NCBI GenBank assembly: GCA_021773275.1
Contig: JAJFKJ010000030.1
Coordinates: forward strand, 143,580-207,579
DNA from: Gammaproteobacteria bacterium
Lineage (GTDB): Bacteria > Pseudomonadota > Gammaproteobacteria > JABCZS01
DNA length: 64,000 bases
Direction: 5' to 3'
Part shown: positions 10,573-19,521 of the stretch, piece by piece
Numbering within the stretch: position 1 is the stretch's first letter
Layout of the letters: each line of letters opens with the position of its first letter
Notes under the pieces: model-generated
The model's database searches: none
What the model saw: the letters and a program-made list of their open reading frames with translations, nothing else
What the model was told of the DNA's origin: nothing
Translations under genes and position numbers: made by a program

Positions 10573-10953
10573 TTACGCCATTTGAGTTTCAATGATGCCA
10601 GAGGTGCGGCGTACTTGGTTTTTTTCATTTAAATAAACAAGCTTAGGCTCAAATATTTGTGCTTGCGCCTGTGCTAGCTGTGTATAGGCGCATATGATAA
10701 TGCTATCGTTAGGCGATGCTTTAAGTGCAGCAGCACCGTTCATAGAAATAATCCCGCTACCGGACTGTGCCCGAATGGCGTAGGTGACTAAGCGTTCCCC
10801 ATTGGTAATATTGTAGACATGGATTTGTTCAAATGGCAAAATGCCCGTTAGCGCTAATAATTTTTCATCAATAGCGCATGAACCGTCATAATCTGGTTCA
10901 GCATGTGTAACACGCGCTTGATGTAGTTTTGCTTTCAGCATCGTTAGTTGCAT
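10573..10953 (-). CDS. panD: Aspartate 1-decarboxylase
   Basis: 126 aa: MQLTMLKAKLHQARVTHAEPDYDGSCAIDE.. The GS cleavage site is conserved. Confidence 0.9.
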   Translation of the reverse strand: MQLTMLKAKLHQARVTHAEPDYDGSCAIDEKLLALTGILPFEQIHVYNITNGERLVTYAIRAQSGSGIISMNGAAALKASPNDSIIICAYTQLAQAQAQIFEPKLVYLNEKNQVRRTSGIIETQMA

Positions 10954-11810
10954 AATTCATCCTTCTTTTTAAAAGTGATATTATCAATCAGACGAGTATT
11001 GTCAAGCATTGCTGCTGCCAAGATGATCAACTCATTATCATTTTTCTCAGGGGTCGCCAGATCAGATTGCCTGCGAATACTAATATAATCTGATTTAAAG
11101 CCGGTGTTATCAAGTTGCTGTTTAACTTGATCTTCTAGATTAGTGTAGTCCTTGCCGCCAGCTTGCACCTGCGCACATAACCATTGTAGCTGTTGCTGCA
11201 GCAGTGCTGCTTTTTGTTTTTTCTCTGCTGAGAGGTAATTATTGCGTGAGCTCATCGCTAAGCCACTTTCTTCACGAACAGTGGGTACGCCAATGATAGC
11301 TACCGGGATGTAGAGATCATTAACCATCTGTTTAATACAAAGTAGTTGCTGATAGTCTTTTTCGCCAAAAAAAGCCAAATCTGGCTGCACGATATTGAAT
11401 AATTTGCAAACAACGGTGGTAATGCCTTGAAAAAAAACAGGTCGGGTGATGCCGCAAAGCTGTTCAGATAAGTGCGATATTTTTACCTGTGTGTGTTTTT
11501 TTACATCGTCAGGGTAAATTTCTTTGTTATCAGGCGCAAATACTACATCAGCTTGCAATTGTTGTAGTTGCCTGCAATCTTCTTCGAATGTGCGCGGGTA
11601 TGTCGCAAGATCTTCATTGGCACCAAATTGTGCAGGGTTTACAAAAATGCTAACCACGGTAATATCAGCTTGTTTTTTAGATGCCTCTACTAAACTTAAG
11701 TGGCCATCATGCAAGTTACCCATGGTAGGCACAAAACCAATGGTTTTGGCCGCTTGTTTTAAGGGTTTTAAAAAGGTTTGCAGTGATGCAATATCTTTAA
11801 TGATGCGCAT
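10944..11810 (-). CDS. panC: Pantoate--beta-alanine ligase
   Basis: 288 aa with FVPTMGNLHDGHLSLV (HxGH nucleotidyltransferase motif). Overlaps panD by 10 nt. Confidence 0.9.
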   Translation of the reverse strand: MRIIKDIASLQTFLKPLKQAAKTIGFVPTMGNLHDGHLSLVEASKKQADITVVSIFVNPAQFGANEDLATYPRTFEEDCRQLQQLQADVVFAPDNKEIYPDDVKKHTQVKISHLSEQLCGITRPVFFQGITTVVCKLFNIVQPDLAFFGEKDYQQLLCIKQMVNDLYIPVAIIGVPTVREESGLAMSSRNNYLSAEKKQKAALLQQQLQWLCAQVQAGGKDYTNLEDQVKQQLDNTGFKSDYISIRRQSDLATPEKNDNELIILAAAMLDNTRLIDNITFKKKDELCN

Positions 11811-11812
11811 AA

Positions 11813-12610
11813 TTATACAAACTCATGTTCAGCTGCCGGAAAGCTTGAGCTTTTGACTTCATCAATAAATTGTTGAATGGCGCCATTCACACCAGCGGGG
11901 TTGCCTGTTAAAAAATCTTTACTAAACTTTGGCTTTCTGCCTGGTGTAATACCTAAGGCATCATGTAATACCAGTACTTGTCCATCGGTGTCTTTGCCGG
12001 CGCCAATACCGATAACAGGTATGCGCAGTGTTTCAGAAATATCTTTGGCAAGTTGGCTAGGCACGCACTCTAACACTAATAGTTGCACGCCGGCTTCTTG
12101 TAAAGCCACAGCCTCGTCTTTCAGTAGTTGTGCTGCAGTTTGCTCGCGGCCTTGAACTTTGTAGCCACCGAGCATGTGAATAGATTGTGGTGTTAAGCCT
12201 AAGTGGCCGCACACAGGGATGCCGCGCTCGGTCAATGCTTGTACTGCAGGCGCAAGCCAGGCGCCACCTTCTAGTTTTACGATATGAGCGCCAGCAGCCA
12301 TCAGTCTTGCTGCATTGTGTAGAGCTTGTTCAGTAGTTGAATAACTCATAAATGGCAGGTCTGACATCAGCATTGAGTTCTGGTTGCCACGAGCTACTTG
12401 TTTAGTGTGGTAAACGATATCGTCGACAGTCACCGGGACAGTGCTGTCATGGCCTTGGATCACCATACCTAGGGAGTCACCGACAAAAACAATCTCAACG
12501 CCTAAGCCACTGATAATGTTAGCAAAACTTGCGTCATAAACGGTTAGGCAACAAAACTTTTCGCGTTTTTGCTTCATGTCGAATAGGTGTGGTAAGCGAA
12601 TCGTTTTCAT
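11813..12610 (-). CDS. panB: 3-methyl-2-oxobutanoate hydroxymethyltransferase
   Basis: The ORF extends to 12643, but the homologous start is MKTIRLPHLFDMKQK... (internal Met). Conserved LTVYDASFA and GHLGLTPQS motifs. Confidence 0.85.
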   Translation of the reverse strand: MKTIRLPHLFDMKQKREKFCCLTVYDASFANIISGLGVEIVFVGDSLGMVIQGHDSTVPVTVDDIVYHTKQVARGNQNSMLMSDLPFMSYSTTEQALHNAARLMAAGAHIVKLEGGAWLAPAVQALTERGIPVCGHLGLTPQSIHMLGGYKVQGREQTAAQLLKDEAVALQEAGVQLLVLECVPSQLAKDISETLRIPVIGIGAGKDTDGQVLVLHDALGITPGRKPKFSKDFLTGNPAGVNGAIQQFIDEVKSSSFPAAEHEFV

Positions 12611-12679
12611 GGTGGCAGCCTCCTGGGTTTTTGCCAGCCCCATTTTATCAAAATCTGCGATATTGCGCTATGATGGGGC

Positions 12680-12988
12680 ATGATAATAATAAATCAAATC
12701 ATCGCGCTTTTTATGCTCAATTTGTGCCTTTTGTTTGCAGGCCAGTATTATGCTGGTTTGATGCAACAGCAGCGGGAATATTACTATTTACAACTGGCGC
12801 ATTTAGGCCTTTGGCAAGGCGCAAATATCGCAGCAGATAATAAATTGCCGCTGGTGTATAATCGCTGGCAAGAACAGCTAAAAAATAAGCTACCTGAAGG
12901 CTCAGGCACAATAAATAATAAAACAATAACAATAAACTATAAGAGCAGTTTACAGGATGAAACGATCGTATTATCAGAAACCTTCTAA
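12680..12988 (+). CDS. Small hypothetical protein (102 aa), first gene of a putative minor-pilin-like cluster
   Basis: ORF with a hydrophobic N-terminus, immediately upstream of and overlapping the prepilin-motif gene. No clear motif of its own. Confidence 0.3.
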   Translation: MIIINQIIALFMLNLCLLFAGQYYAGLMQQQREYYYLQLAHLGLWQGANIAADNKLPLVYNRWQEQLKNKLPEGSGTINNKTITINYKSSLQDETIVLSETF

Positions 12989-13766
12989 ACAGGCCGGATT
13001 TTTATTAATAGAGTATTTAGTGGCGCTTGTATTGTTTACAATGGTGCTACTGTATATCGATTCAATTATTGCTTTACACATGCGTGTGCAACAAAAAATA
13101 CAAGCGCAAAATAACACCGTCACGCAGCTAAGACAAATTACTTTACAACTGCAGCCAAAGCTAGCGCAGTCAGGGTATTTGGGCTGCCAAAGTGTAAAAA
13201 ATGCAAAAGATATTATTGTGCATCAGGGTATAGAAACTCGTTTATTGCATGGCCAATCCGTATATCTTCACAAGTCAACATCAGCGGGCTGGCAACCTGC
13301 ATTGCCTAATGCCCTTAACGGCAAAGTTACAGAAAACACAGATGTTTTGGTCATTGAACAAGTAGGCGCATGGACAGTCTCTTTATTGCAAGCAATGCGT
13401 CGCGATGATGAAGCAATTATCTTGCCAAATGTTGTAACTGCGGATAACAGTTGGTTTGTCATTGATGATTGTCAAACGGTGGAAATATTCTCAGCTTTTG
13501 CATTTTATTGTGCTGGCATGACATGCTTGCAGCCGCAACAAGCATTAAGCAAAGCCTATACAGAGCATGCGATAGTCAGCCCCTGGGTAACACAAGCATA
13601 TTATCTGGCAGACGATCAGATATTGCAGGCAAAATTATTACAACCGGAGCAGGCCGCATTGAGCTTGCACGAAGGTGTAGAGCATTGGCAATTAGCATTA
13701 TGGCCTGATCTACTGCAAATAGACTTGCAAACAAAGGAGGATTTTGTATTGTGGTTCGGGTATTGA
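12957..13766 (+). CDS. Prepilin-type N-terminal cleavage/methylation domain protein (minor pilin / pseudopilin-like), 269 aa
   Basis: N-terminus ..KQAGFLLIEYLVALVLFTMVLL matches the G|F-x-L-I-E class III signal of type IV pilins and T2SS pseudopilins. Confidence 0.55.
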   Translation: MKRSYYQKPSKQAGFLLIEYLVALVLFTMVLLYIDSIIALHMRVQQKIQAQNNTVTQLRQITLQLQPKLAQSGYLGCQSVKNAKDIIVHQGIETRLLHGQSVYLHKSTSAGWQPALPNALNGKVTENTDVLVIEQVGAWTVSLLQAMRRDDEAIILPNVVTADNSWFVIDDCQTVEIFSAFAFYCAGMTCLQPQQALSKAYTEHAIVSPWVTQAYYLADDQILQAKLLQPEQAALSLHEGVEHWQLALWPDLLQIDLQTKEDFVLWFGY

Positions 13767-14227
13767 TTGTATTGTTAAGTATAAATTTAGGCGTGGTCTA
13801 TCTTGCAGCGCGCTCCTATCAGCAAAATAAACTAGCGCAAGCGTGGTCTCAGGCAGTGGCCTTGCAAGCAAGTTTACAGCGCGCGCAAACAGCCTGGTTA
13901 CAAGATCTTGATTTTTGGCTTGCGCTTCCGGTGCTAACGCCCGAGGCTTGCCACGGTGCGCCTTGCCTGCTGGAAACACAGAGTGTACAAGAATACGCGA
14001 CCCAGCCAATCAGCTTTTGGGAGCACACAATGCTTGCTATAACATTTGAGGATACTGTGTATGCACATAAAACCTATGCTATATTCGAAGTAATGCCTTG
14101 TAAAGAATCGGAAAAATTATTACGAGGCACCTTTGTTGCAGTTAATGAACAGGGTATGCAGTTGCGCTCCCAATTAGTTGCTCAACAAAATATTGGGCAG
14201 GTATCCTTGCGATACGTAATGGGGTGA
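13751..14227 (+). CDS. Small hypothetical protein (158 aa, GTG start), pilus-assembly-like
   Basis: Overlaps the preceding pilin-like gene by 16 nt. Hydrophobic N-terminus MVRVLIVLLSINLGVVYLAA. Confidence 0.35.
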   Translation: MVRVLIVLLSINLGVVYLAARSYQQNKLAQAWSQAVALQASLQRAQTAWLQDLDFWLALPVLTPEACHGAPCLLETQSVQEYATQPISFWEHTMLAITFEDTVYAHKTYAIFEVMPCKESEKLLRGTFVAVNEQGMQLRSQLVAQQNIGQVSLRYVMG

Positions 14228-14230
14228 ACA

Positions 14231-17200
14231 TTGAGTGCTAACTCATACATTTGTTTATTAAAAAATCGAGGTTTTAGTTTTTTTCTGGCTACTCAGTTTT
14301 TGGGTGCGCTGAATGATAATCTCTATCGACTGGTCGTTTCACTTATTCTCGTAGACACAACTATTCATGGTGGGTCCATTTCACTCGTTGCAATTGTATT
14401 TTTGGTACCTGGAATATTGTTTTCTGGGTATGCGGGGCATTTAGCTGATCGCTATAGTAAACGTAATGTTTTAATCATTACCAAAAGTTTTGAGATACTT
14501 TCAATGTTGTTGGCATTTATTGCCTTGGGCACAGAGTATCACTCATTGATGCTAATTGTGCTATTTACCATGGCAACGCAGTCAGCATTTTTTAGCCCCT
14601 CTAAATACGGCATCATACCTGAGATCGTTGCACGTGAAGATTTGTCACGAGCAAATGGTTTAGTAGAAATGACAACGTTTGTTGCCATTATTGTGGGTAG
14701 TGCTATTGCCGGGATACTGCTGCATTTTTATCATGCACAAATGTATGTTATTAGTAGTGTCCTTGTGGTTATTGCCATTGTGGGCGCAGCCTTCAGTTTT
14801 GGCATCACAAAAGTGAGCGCCAAAGCAAAACATAATAAAATGAGCCTGAACCCGTATTCCGAAATTTATAAAGGTGTGCAGCATTTAAGAGGGCATTTAT
14901 TCCTGACCATGGTCATCATGGGCATTTGCTTTTTCTGGATGATTGCCATTGTGTTCCAGCTGAATCTTTTGGTTTTTGCGCATAAAGAATTGGGGCTACA
15001 GTATTTTGGTGTCAGTATGTTACAGATGGTATTAGCTATTGGTATTGGCGCCGGTGCTTTGTTAGCCGGGCATTTATCATATGATCGTATCGAGTATGGC
15101 TTAATCCCTTTGGGCTTATTGGGTACAGGCGTGGGGATTACAGTCTTAGCATTAATTCCACCATCTGTTACCTGGACATACGTCTTGTTAGTGTGGGCCA
15201 GTATATTTACCGGGTTTTTTATTGTGCCCTTAAAGGCTCTGCTACAAGATTTGCCTCGTAAAACGCAAAAAGGCCGGATGATCGCTACTAACAATGTCTT
15301 TACTGATATCGCTATGTTAACAGGTGCGGGTGTTTTGTGGGCCTTGCAAGTTGTTTTAGAATTATCACCACAAACCATATTTTTATTCTGGGGTATTATT
15401 GCGTTAATTATAACTGCTGCATCTATTTATATGTTGCCAGCCTTTTTTATTCGCCTTGTGCTCTGGATGATGATGCGCACCTTTTACCGCGTGAAAGTAC
15501 ACAATGAACAAAACATGCCAAAAGAAGGCCCAGCATTACTAGTATGTAATCATGTGTCATTTTTAGATGCATTGGTATTATCAGCTGTTTTGCCACGCTT
15601 TATTCGTTACCTAATTCATAAAAAATACTATGACATTAAATCGTTAAACTGGCTGTTTCGCATGGCAAATGCGATCCCGGTAACTTCCGGTAGTGACAAG
15701 GAAAGCATTGAGGACTCATTAAAAATTGCGGCGCGAGAGCTCAAGAAAGGACATGTTGTTTGCATTTTTGCCGAAGGCAGGATTACCCGCACTGGGAACT
15801 TATTGCCGTTTAAGCGTGGTTTCGAACGTATCATGAAAGAGGTTGATGCGCCAATTATTCCTGTATACCTTGATAGATTATGGGATAGCATATTTTCTTT
15901 TTCCGGCGGCAAATTTTTCTGGAAACTACCAAGACGTATTCCGATTGAGATAGGTGTTTCATTTGGCGAACCTATGCCCGCAGATACACAAGCATGGGAT
16001 GTACGCCAAAGAGTACAAGAACTGGGCACACAGATTCAACTCTCAACACCTCACAAACATGACATTCTTCCCTATCGGTTTTTGCAAGCTACGCGTTTTC
16101 GACACGGACAATTTTGCATGGCGGACAGTGACCACAGCCGCATGAAGTACGGGCATTTTATTGCGCACACACTGTTACTTGCAAAATGTCTACGAGACAA
16201 ACATCCAGATGAAAAGTACATTGGCATATTGCTGCCGGCAAGTGTGAATGCTGCAATGATGAATGTAGCCATAGCAATAGCGGGTAAGATAGCAGTATTG
16301 TTGCCATATAATGAAACTAAAAACATCAAATCACATATCGATAAAACGAATTTAAAAACAATTTATAGTGATCACGGGTTTTTACAAGAAAGGCATATTC
16401 GTGATGATTTTGAGTGGCAAGCCATTCGCGATATAGCCTATATCAACAATGATAAAAAAGCTTACTGGTCAGCACGTGTCGCAGCTTTCTTTTTACCTAT
16501 TAAGTGGACGTTGAAACATTACGGGGATTATAATTCCGATTCACAAGCGCCAGTGGCAATACTTTGGTCGGTGCGCGACAACCATCCGCATAGGCCTGTT
16601 GTGCTTTCGCATCAAAGCATTATTGCACCAGTTAATGGGTTTTCACAGGTCTTTGGCGATACCAGTAGTCGCGATCGCGTTATGGGTGTATTGCCTTTTT
16701 TCACCAGCATGGGATTACTGGGAACTGTTTGGCTACCCTTGTTGCAAGGGATGGCGGTGGTGTACCAAAGTGACACCAACCCGGCCCCCGATGCTACGGC
16801 AAAATTAATCAAGCGCCATCGCGCGACCTTGCTCTTCGATGTGGAACAACATTATCGTGAATACCTTAAGCACATGCGTCCAGATGATTTTAGTTATATC
16901 CGCTATGCGATTGCTGGCAATGATATAGAGGATGAAGAGTTTTCACGCGCATTTCATGAACACTTTGGTATCAGTATCCAAACAGGTTATGGCTGTGCAG
17001 AAGTAGGCCCAATATCTATTAATAGTCCCGATGTGCGTTTGCCAGGCCAGCTACAAAAGGGTACAAAACCGGGCTCAGCCGGGCAACCACTACCTTATGT
17101 CTCTATTGTCATTGTAGACCCAGATACTGGTAGTGAGCAGCTGCAGGGCGAAGCTGGTGAGCTGTGGGTTAAAAGTCCGTTTCGGATGCTTGGGTACTGG

Positions 17201-17299
17201 GAAGACGAGGCAGCCACCAAGGCCGCTTTCAAGCAGGACTGGTTCAATACACAAATAATAGTTAGCGTTGATGACGAAGGTTTCCTATACTTTAATTAA
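14231..17299 (+). CDS. aas: Tri-domain fusion: lysophospholipid transporter LplT (MFS) + 2-acyl-GPE acyltransferase (PlsC-like) + acyl-ACP-synthetase-like AMP-binding domain (Aas-like), 1022 aa
   Basis: N-terminal ~400 aa are polytopic MFS. The middle has the LLVCNHVSFLDALVL acyltransferase H(X)4D motif. The C-terminus has YGCAEVGP and GELWVKSPFRMLGYW, typical of ANL adenylating enzymes, but the P-loop is replaced (AILWSVRDNHPHRPVV) and the ORF stops right after ..DDEGFLYFN, before the expected GRxKD hinge. Confidence 0.8.
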   Translation: MSANSYICLLKNRGFSFFLATQFLGALNDNLYRLVVSLILVDTTIHGGSISLVAIVFLVPGILFSGYAGHLADRYSKRNVLIITKSFEILSMLLAFIALGTEYHSLMLIVLFTMATQSAFFSPSKYGIIPEIVAREDLSRANGLVEMTTFVAIIVGSAIAGILLHFYHAQMYVISSVLVVIAIVGAAFSFGITKVSAKAKHNKMSLNPYSEIYKGVQHLRGHLFLTMVIMGICFFWMIAIVFQLNLLVFAHKELGLQYFGVSMLQMVLAIGIGAGALLAGHLSYDRIEYGLIPLGLLGTGVGITVLALIPPSVTWTYVLLVWASIFTGFFIVPLKALLQDLPRKTQKGRMIATNNVFTDIAMLTGAGVLWALQVVLELSPQTIFLFWGIIALIITAASIYMLPAFFIRLVLWMMMRTFYRVKVHNEQNMPKEGPALLVCNHVSFLDALVLSAVLPRFIRYLIHKKYYDIKSLNWLFRMANAIPVTSGSDKESIEDSLKIAARELKKGHVVCIFAEGRITRTGNLLPFKRGFERIMKEVDAPIIPVYLDRLWDSIFSFSGGKFFWKLPRRIPIEIGVSFGEPMPADTQAWDVRQRVQELGTQIQLSTPHKHDILPYRFLQATRFRHGQFCMADSDHSRMKYGHFIAHTLLLAKCLRDKHPDEKYIGILLPASVNAAMMNVAIAIAGKIAVLLPYNETKNIKSHIDKTNLKTIYSDHGFLQERHIRDDFEWQAIRDIAYINNDKKAYWSARVAAFFLPIKWTLKHYGDYNSDSQAPVAILWSVRDNHPHRPVVLSHQSIIAPVNGFSQVFGDTSSRDRVMGVLPFFTSMGLLGTVWLPLLQGMAVVYQSDTNPAPDATAKLIKRHRATLLFDVEQHYREYLKHMRPDDFSYIRYAIAGNDIEDEEFSRAFHEHFGISIQTGYGCAEVGPISINSPDVRLPGQLQKGTKPGSAGQPLPYVSIVIVDPDTGSEQLQGEAGELWVKSPFRMLGYWEDEAATKAAFKQDWFNTQIIVSVDDEGFLYFN

Positions 17300-17366
17300 A
17301 GGTAGGATTTATTTTGCCGATAATATAAATGTAAGAAAATCAATATATTAAGATGAGCGCAAAACG

Positions 17367-18512
17367 ATGCAAAACCAGAAATTACTTTTAACGGGCGGTA
17401 GAGGCCCGGCTGTATTAGAGATGGCGCGTCAGTTATCACGCCAAGGGCATACTATATTTGTGGCTGAATCCACCAAGATTCAGTATTGCCAATTTTCCAA
17501 TACAGTAAGCAAAAATTTTCTCGTGCCTGATCCGTTACTTGATGAGACGGGTTATATAAATGCGCTAACCGACCTGCTTGATAAATACAAAATAGATATG
17601 TTGATACCTGCTTACGACGAAACCTATTTTATAGCAAAGCACAAAGATAAGCTCACTGAGCATGCAACAGTATTTTGCGATAGTTTAGAAAAAATTAAGA
17701 CACTTAACAATAAGTATACATTTGCAGAGCTGGCGGAAACCTTAAACTGCTACACACCTAAAACTATATTGATGTCTAATGACAATGAGTGGCAAAAATT
17801 CCAAGAAAACCCGAGCTTCACAATGCCGTACATGGTGAAAAGTTTTTATGCATCAGGTGGTTCAGAGGTTGTTACCATCAGAGCAAAAGACGACATTAAA
17901 AAAATTAAATTTAAACCACCTTTTATAGTGCAGGAACATGTTTCAGGAAAAGCATGGAGTAGTACTGGCGTCGCGCATAACGGAGAGATGACATTAAACG
18001 TGGTTTATGAACCTTTATTTATTTACCGTGAAAATGGCCCAGCAATCTGTTTGCAAGGTGTTACCCACCCTGGGATTTTAGCTTTAATTAAGCATGTCGT
18101 TAAATCGCAAAACTACACTGGGTTAATTGGTTTTGACATAATTGAAAAAGAAGATGGTAGCTTGTATTTATTGGAGTGTAACCCGCGCGTTACTAGTGGT
18201 GTGCATTTATTTTCTGCCGAAGATAAGCTCGGTGAATGCTTCCTTAACCCAAACACTGCCTTTCATGAGGCGCAGCCTAAAAAACCAGTGCAGATTAGCG
18301 TCGCAGGTATGCTGAAAGTATTATTCTACTTGAAAAAAGGTCAGTTTAAACAATGGCTGCATTGCGTCACCCACAGCGCAGACGCTGTTTTTGACGCCAA
18401 AGACATTCGCCCAGCCTTATTTGTGCCTGTGTTGGCAGCTTTTTACTTGCATCAGTATATTAAACACTCAAAACTTCCAGATGATAATATCTTCTACCAC
18501 ATGGATTGGTAG
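17367..18512 (+). CDS. ATP-grasp fold enzyme (CPSase-L/D-Ala-D-Ala-ligase-like), 381 aa
   Basis: N-terminal pre-ATP-grasp LLLTGGRGPAVLEMARQL..IDMLIPAYDE. The central domain and ..LYLLECNPRVTSG match the ATP-grasp family pattern. Confidence 0.5.
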   Translation: MQNQKLLLTGGRGPAVLEMARQLSRQGHTIFVAESTKIQYCQFSNTVSKNFLVPDPLLDETGYINALTDLLDKYKIDMLIPAYDETYFIAKHKDKLTEHATVFCDSLEKIKTLNNKYTFAELAETLNCYTPKTILMSNDNEWQKFQENPSFTMPYMVKSFYASGGSEVVTIRAKDDIKKIKFKPPFIVQEHVSGKAWSSTGVAHNGEMTLNVVYEPLFIYRENGPAICLQGVTHPGILALIKHVVKSQNYTGLIGFDIIEKEDGSLYLLECNPRVTSGVHLFSAEDKLGECFLNPNTAFHEAQPKKPVQISVAGMLKVLFYLKKGQFKQWLHCVTHSADAVFDAKDIRPALFVPVLAAFYLHQYIKHSKLPDDNIFYHMDW

Positions 18513-18543
18513 TGGGAATGCCCTGCTGATACGGCGACTGCCC
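18512..18543. repeat. 32-bp direct repeat, copy 1 (GTGGGAATGCCCTGCTGATACGGCGACTGCCC)
   Basis: Exact 32-nt match to copy 2, located 130 nt downstream. Begins inside the stop codon of the ATP-grasp gene. Confidence 0.9.
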
Positions 18544-18641
18544 CCCATTTTTTCTCGGACTTTTTCTTTGAAAAAGTTGACCCCTCAAAAAAAGAGAGGC
18601 AATCCCCTACGCGCAGGCCATGCTTAATATAGCGAGAAAAG

Positions 18642-18673
18642 GTGGGAATGCCCTGCTGATACGGCGACTGCCC
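18642..18673. repeat. 32-bp direct repeat, copy 2
   Basis: Identical 32-mer. Ends at the stop codon of dapB on the minus strand. Confidence 0.9.
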
Positions 18674-19398
18674 TACAACAAATGTTCAAGTCCATAAACC
18701 AGCTCATGCAAGCTAGGTACTTTTTTGCATGCGAGTACGATGCCAGGCATAAATGATTTTCGGTGCAGTGAGTTATGGGAAATGGTAAGGGTTTCATCGA
18801 CGCCACCAAAAACCACATCTTGTTGCGCAACAACGCCGGGTAGGCGCACCGAGTGAATTTGAATGTCATGATGGTTGTGGCCGCGTGCGTCTAAGTCTTT
18901 GCCGACGATTTCACCGGGCGCTTGTTTGCGTGCGTTGTTGATCATTTCCGCAGTCTTTTTAGCCGTGAATGAAGGCGCATCTTTTTTTCCCGCACGATGG
19001 AACTCAATGATTTCAACATTGGGCAGGTATTGTGCAATCATTGCCGATGCTTGCATCAGCAATACGGCGCCTAACGAAAAATTAGGTGCAATTAAACCGC
19101 CACGTTTTTGTTTTTGGCTTAAGTTTTGTAATGTTTCGATTTGCAGCAGTGTCAACCCTGATGTGCCGATCACTGGGCAGGCATTATTTTCCATAATAAT
19201 TTTGGTGTTCTCGAAAACAACTTCAGGTGTGGTTAAATCTACAACAACTTGTGCTTTGGTATCACGGATGCTGTCGCCTAAGTTGTCGCCACGGGTGAGG
19301 GCGGCTGCGAGATGCAGATCGGGGTCGTTTTCAATCGCGATGACCGCTTCTTGACCCATGCGCCCACGTGCACCATTAATAATTACTGAAATTGTCAT
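18673..19398 (-). CDS. dapB: 4-hydroxy-tetrahydrodipicolinate reductase
   Basis: 241 aa: MTISVIINGARGRMGQ (NAD(P)-binding), HHDIQIHSVRLPG and EFHRAGKKDAPSGTA-like motifs. Confidence 0.9.
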   Translation of the reverse strand: MTISVIINGARGRMGQEAVIAIENDPDLHLAAALTRGDNLGDSIRDTKAQVVVDLTTPEVVFENTKIIMENNACPVIGTSGLTLLQIETLQNLSQKQKRGGLIAPNFSLGAVLLMQASAMIAQYLPNVEIIEFHRAGKKDAPSFTAKKTAEMINNARKQAPGEIVGKDLDARGHNHHDIQIHSVRLPGVVAQQDVVFGGVDETLTISHNSLHRKSFMPGIVLACKKVPSLHELVYGLEHLL

Positions 19399-19521
19399 AC
19401 CTTTCCTCCTGTTTCACCCTATAAAAACCAGTCATCAGCGAAGCGCGTAGGTAAGTTGGGATGTTTTTTGCGAGCAGTAAACGAGCCTGCGAGGTGAGCA
19501 AAAAATTCATCGCAACTTACC

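Noticed and set aside
12529-12840. 103-aa plus-strand ORF overlapping the panB start and the upstream region.
   Set aside because: Antisense to the panB 5' end and low-complexity. Its role as the first pilin-cluster gene is better explained by the 12680..12988 ORF, itself low-confidence.
18512-18673. Possible CRISPR array, because of identical 32-bp direct repeats.
   Set aside because: Only two repeat copies with one 98-bp 'spacer' and no cas genes in the window. More likely a REP/MITE-like or terminator duplication.
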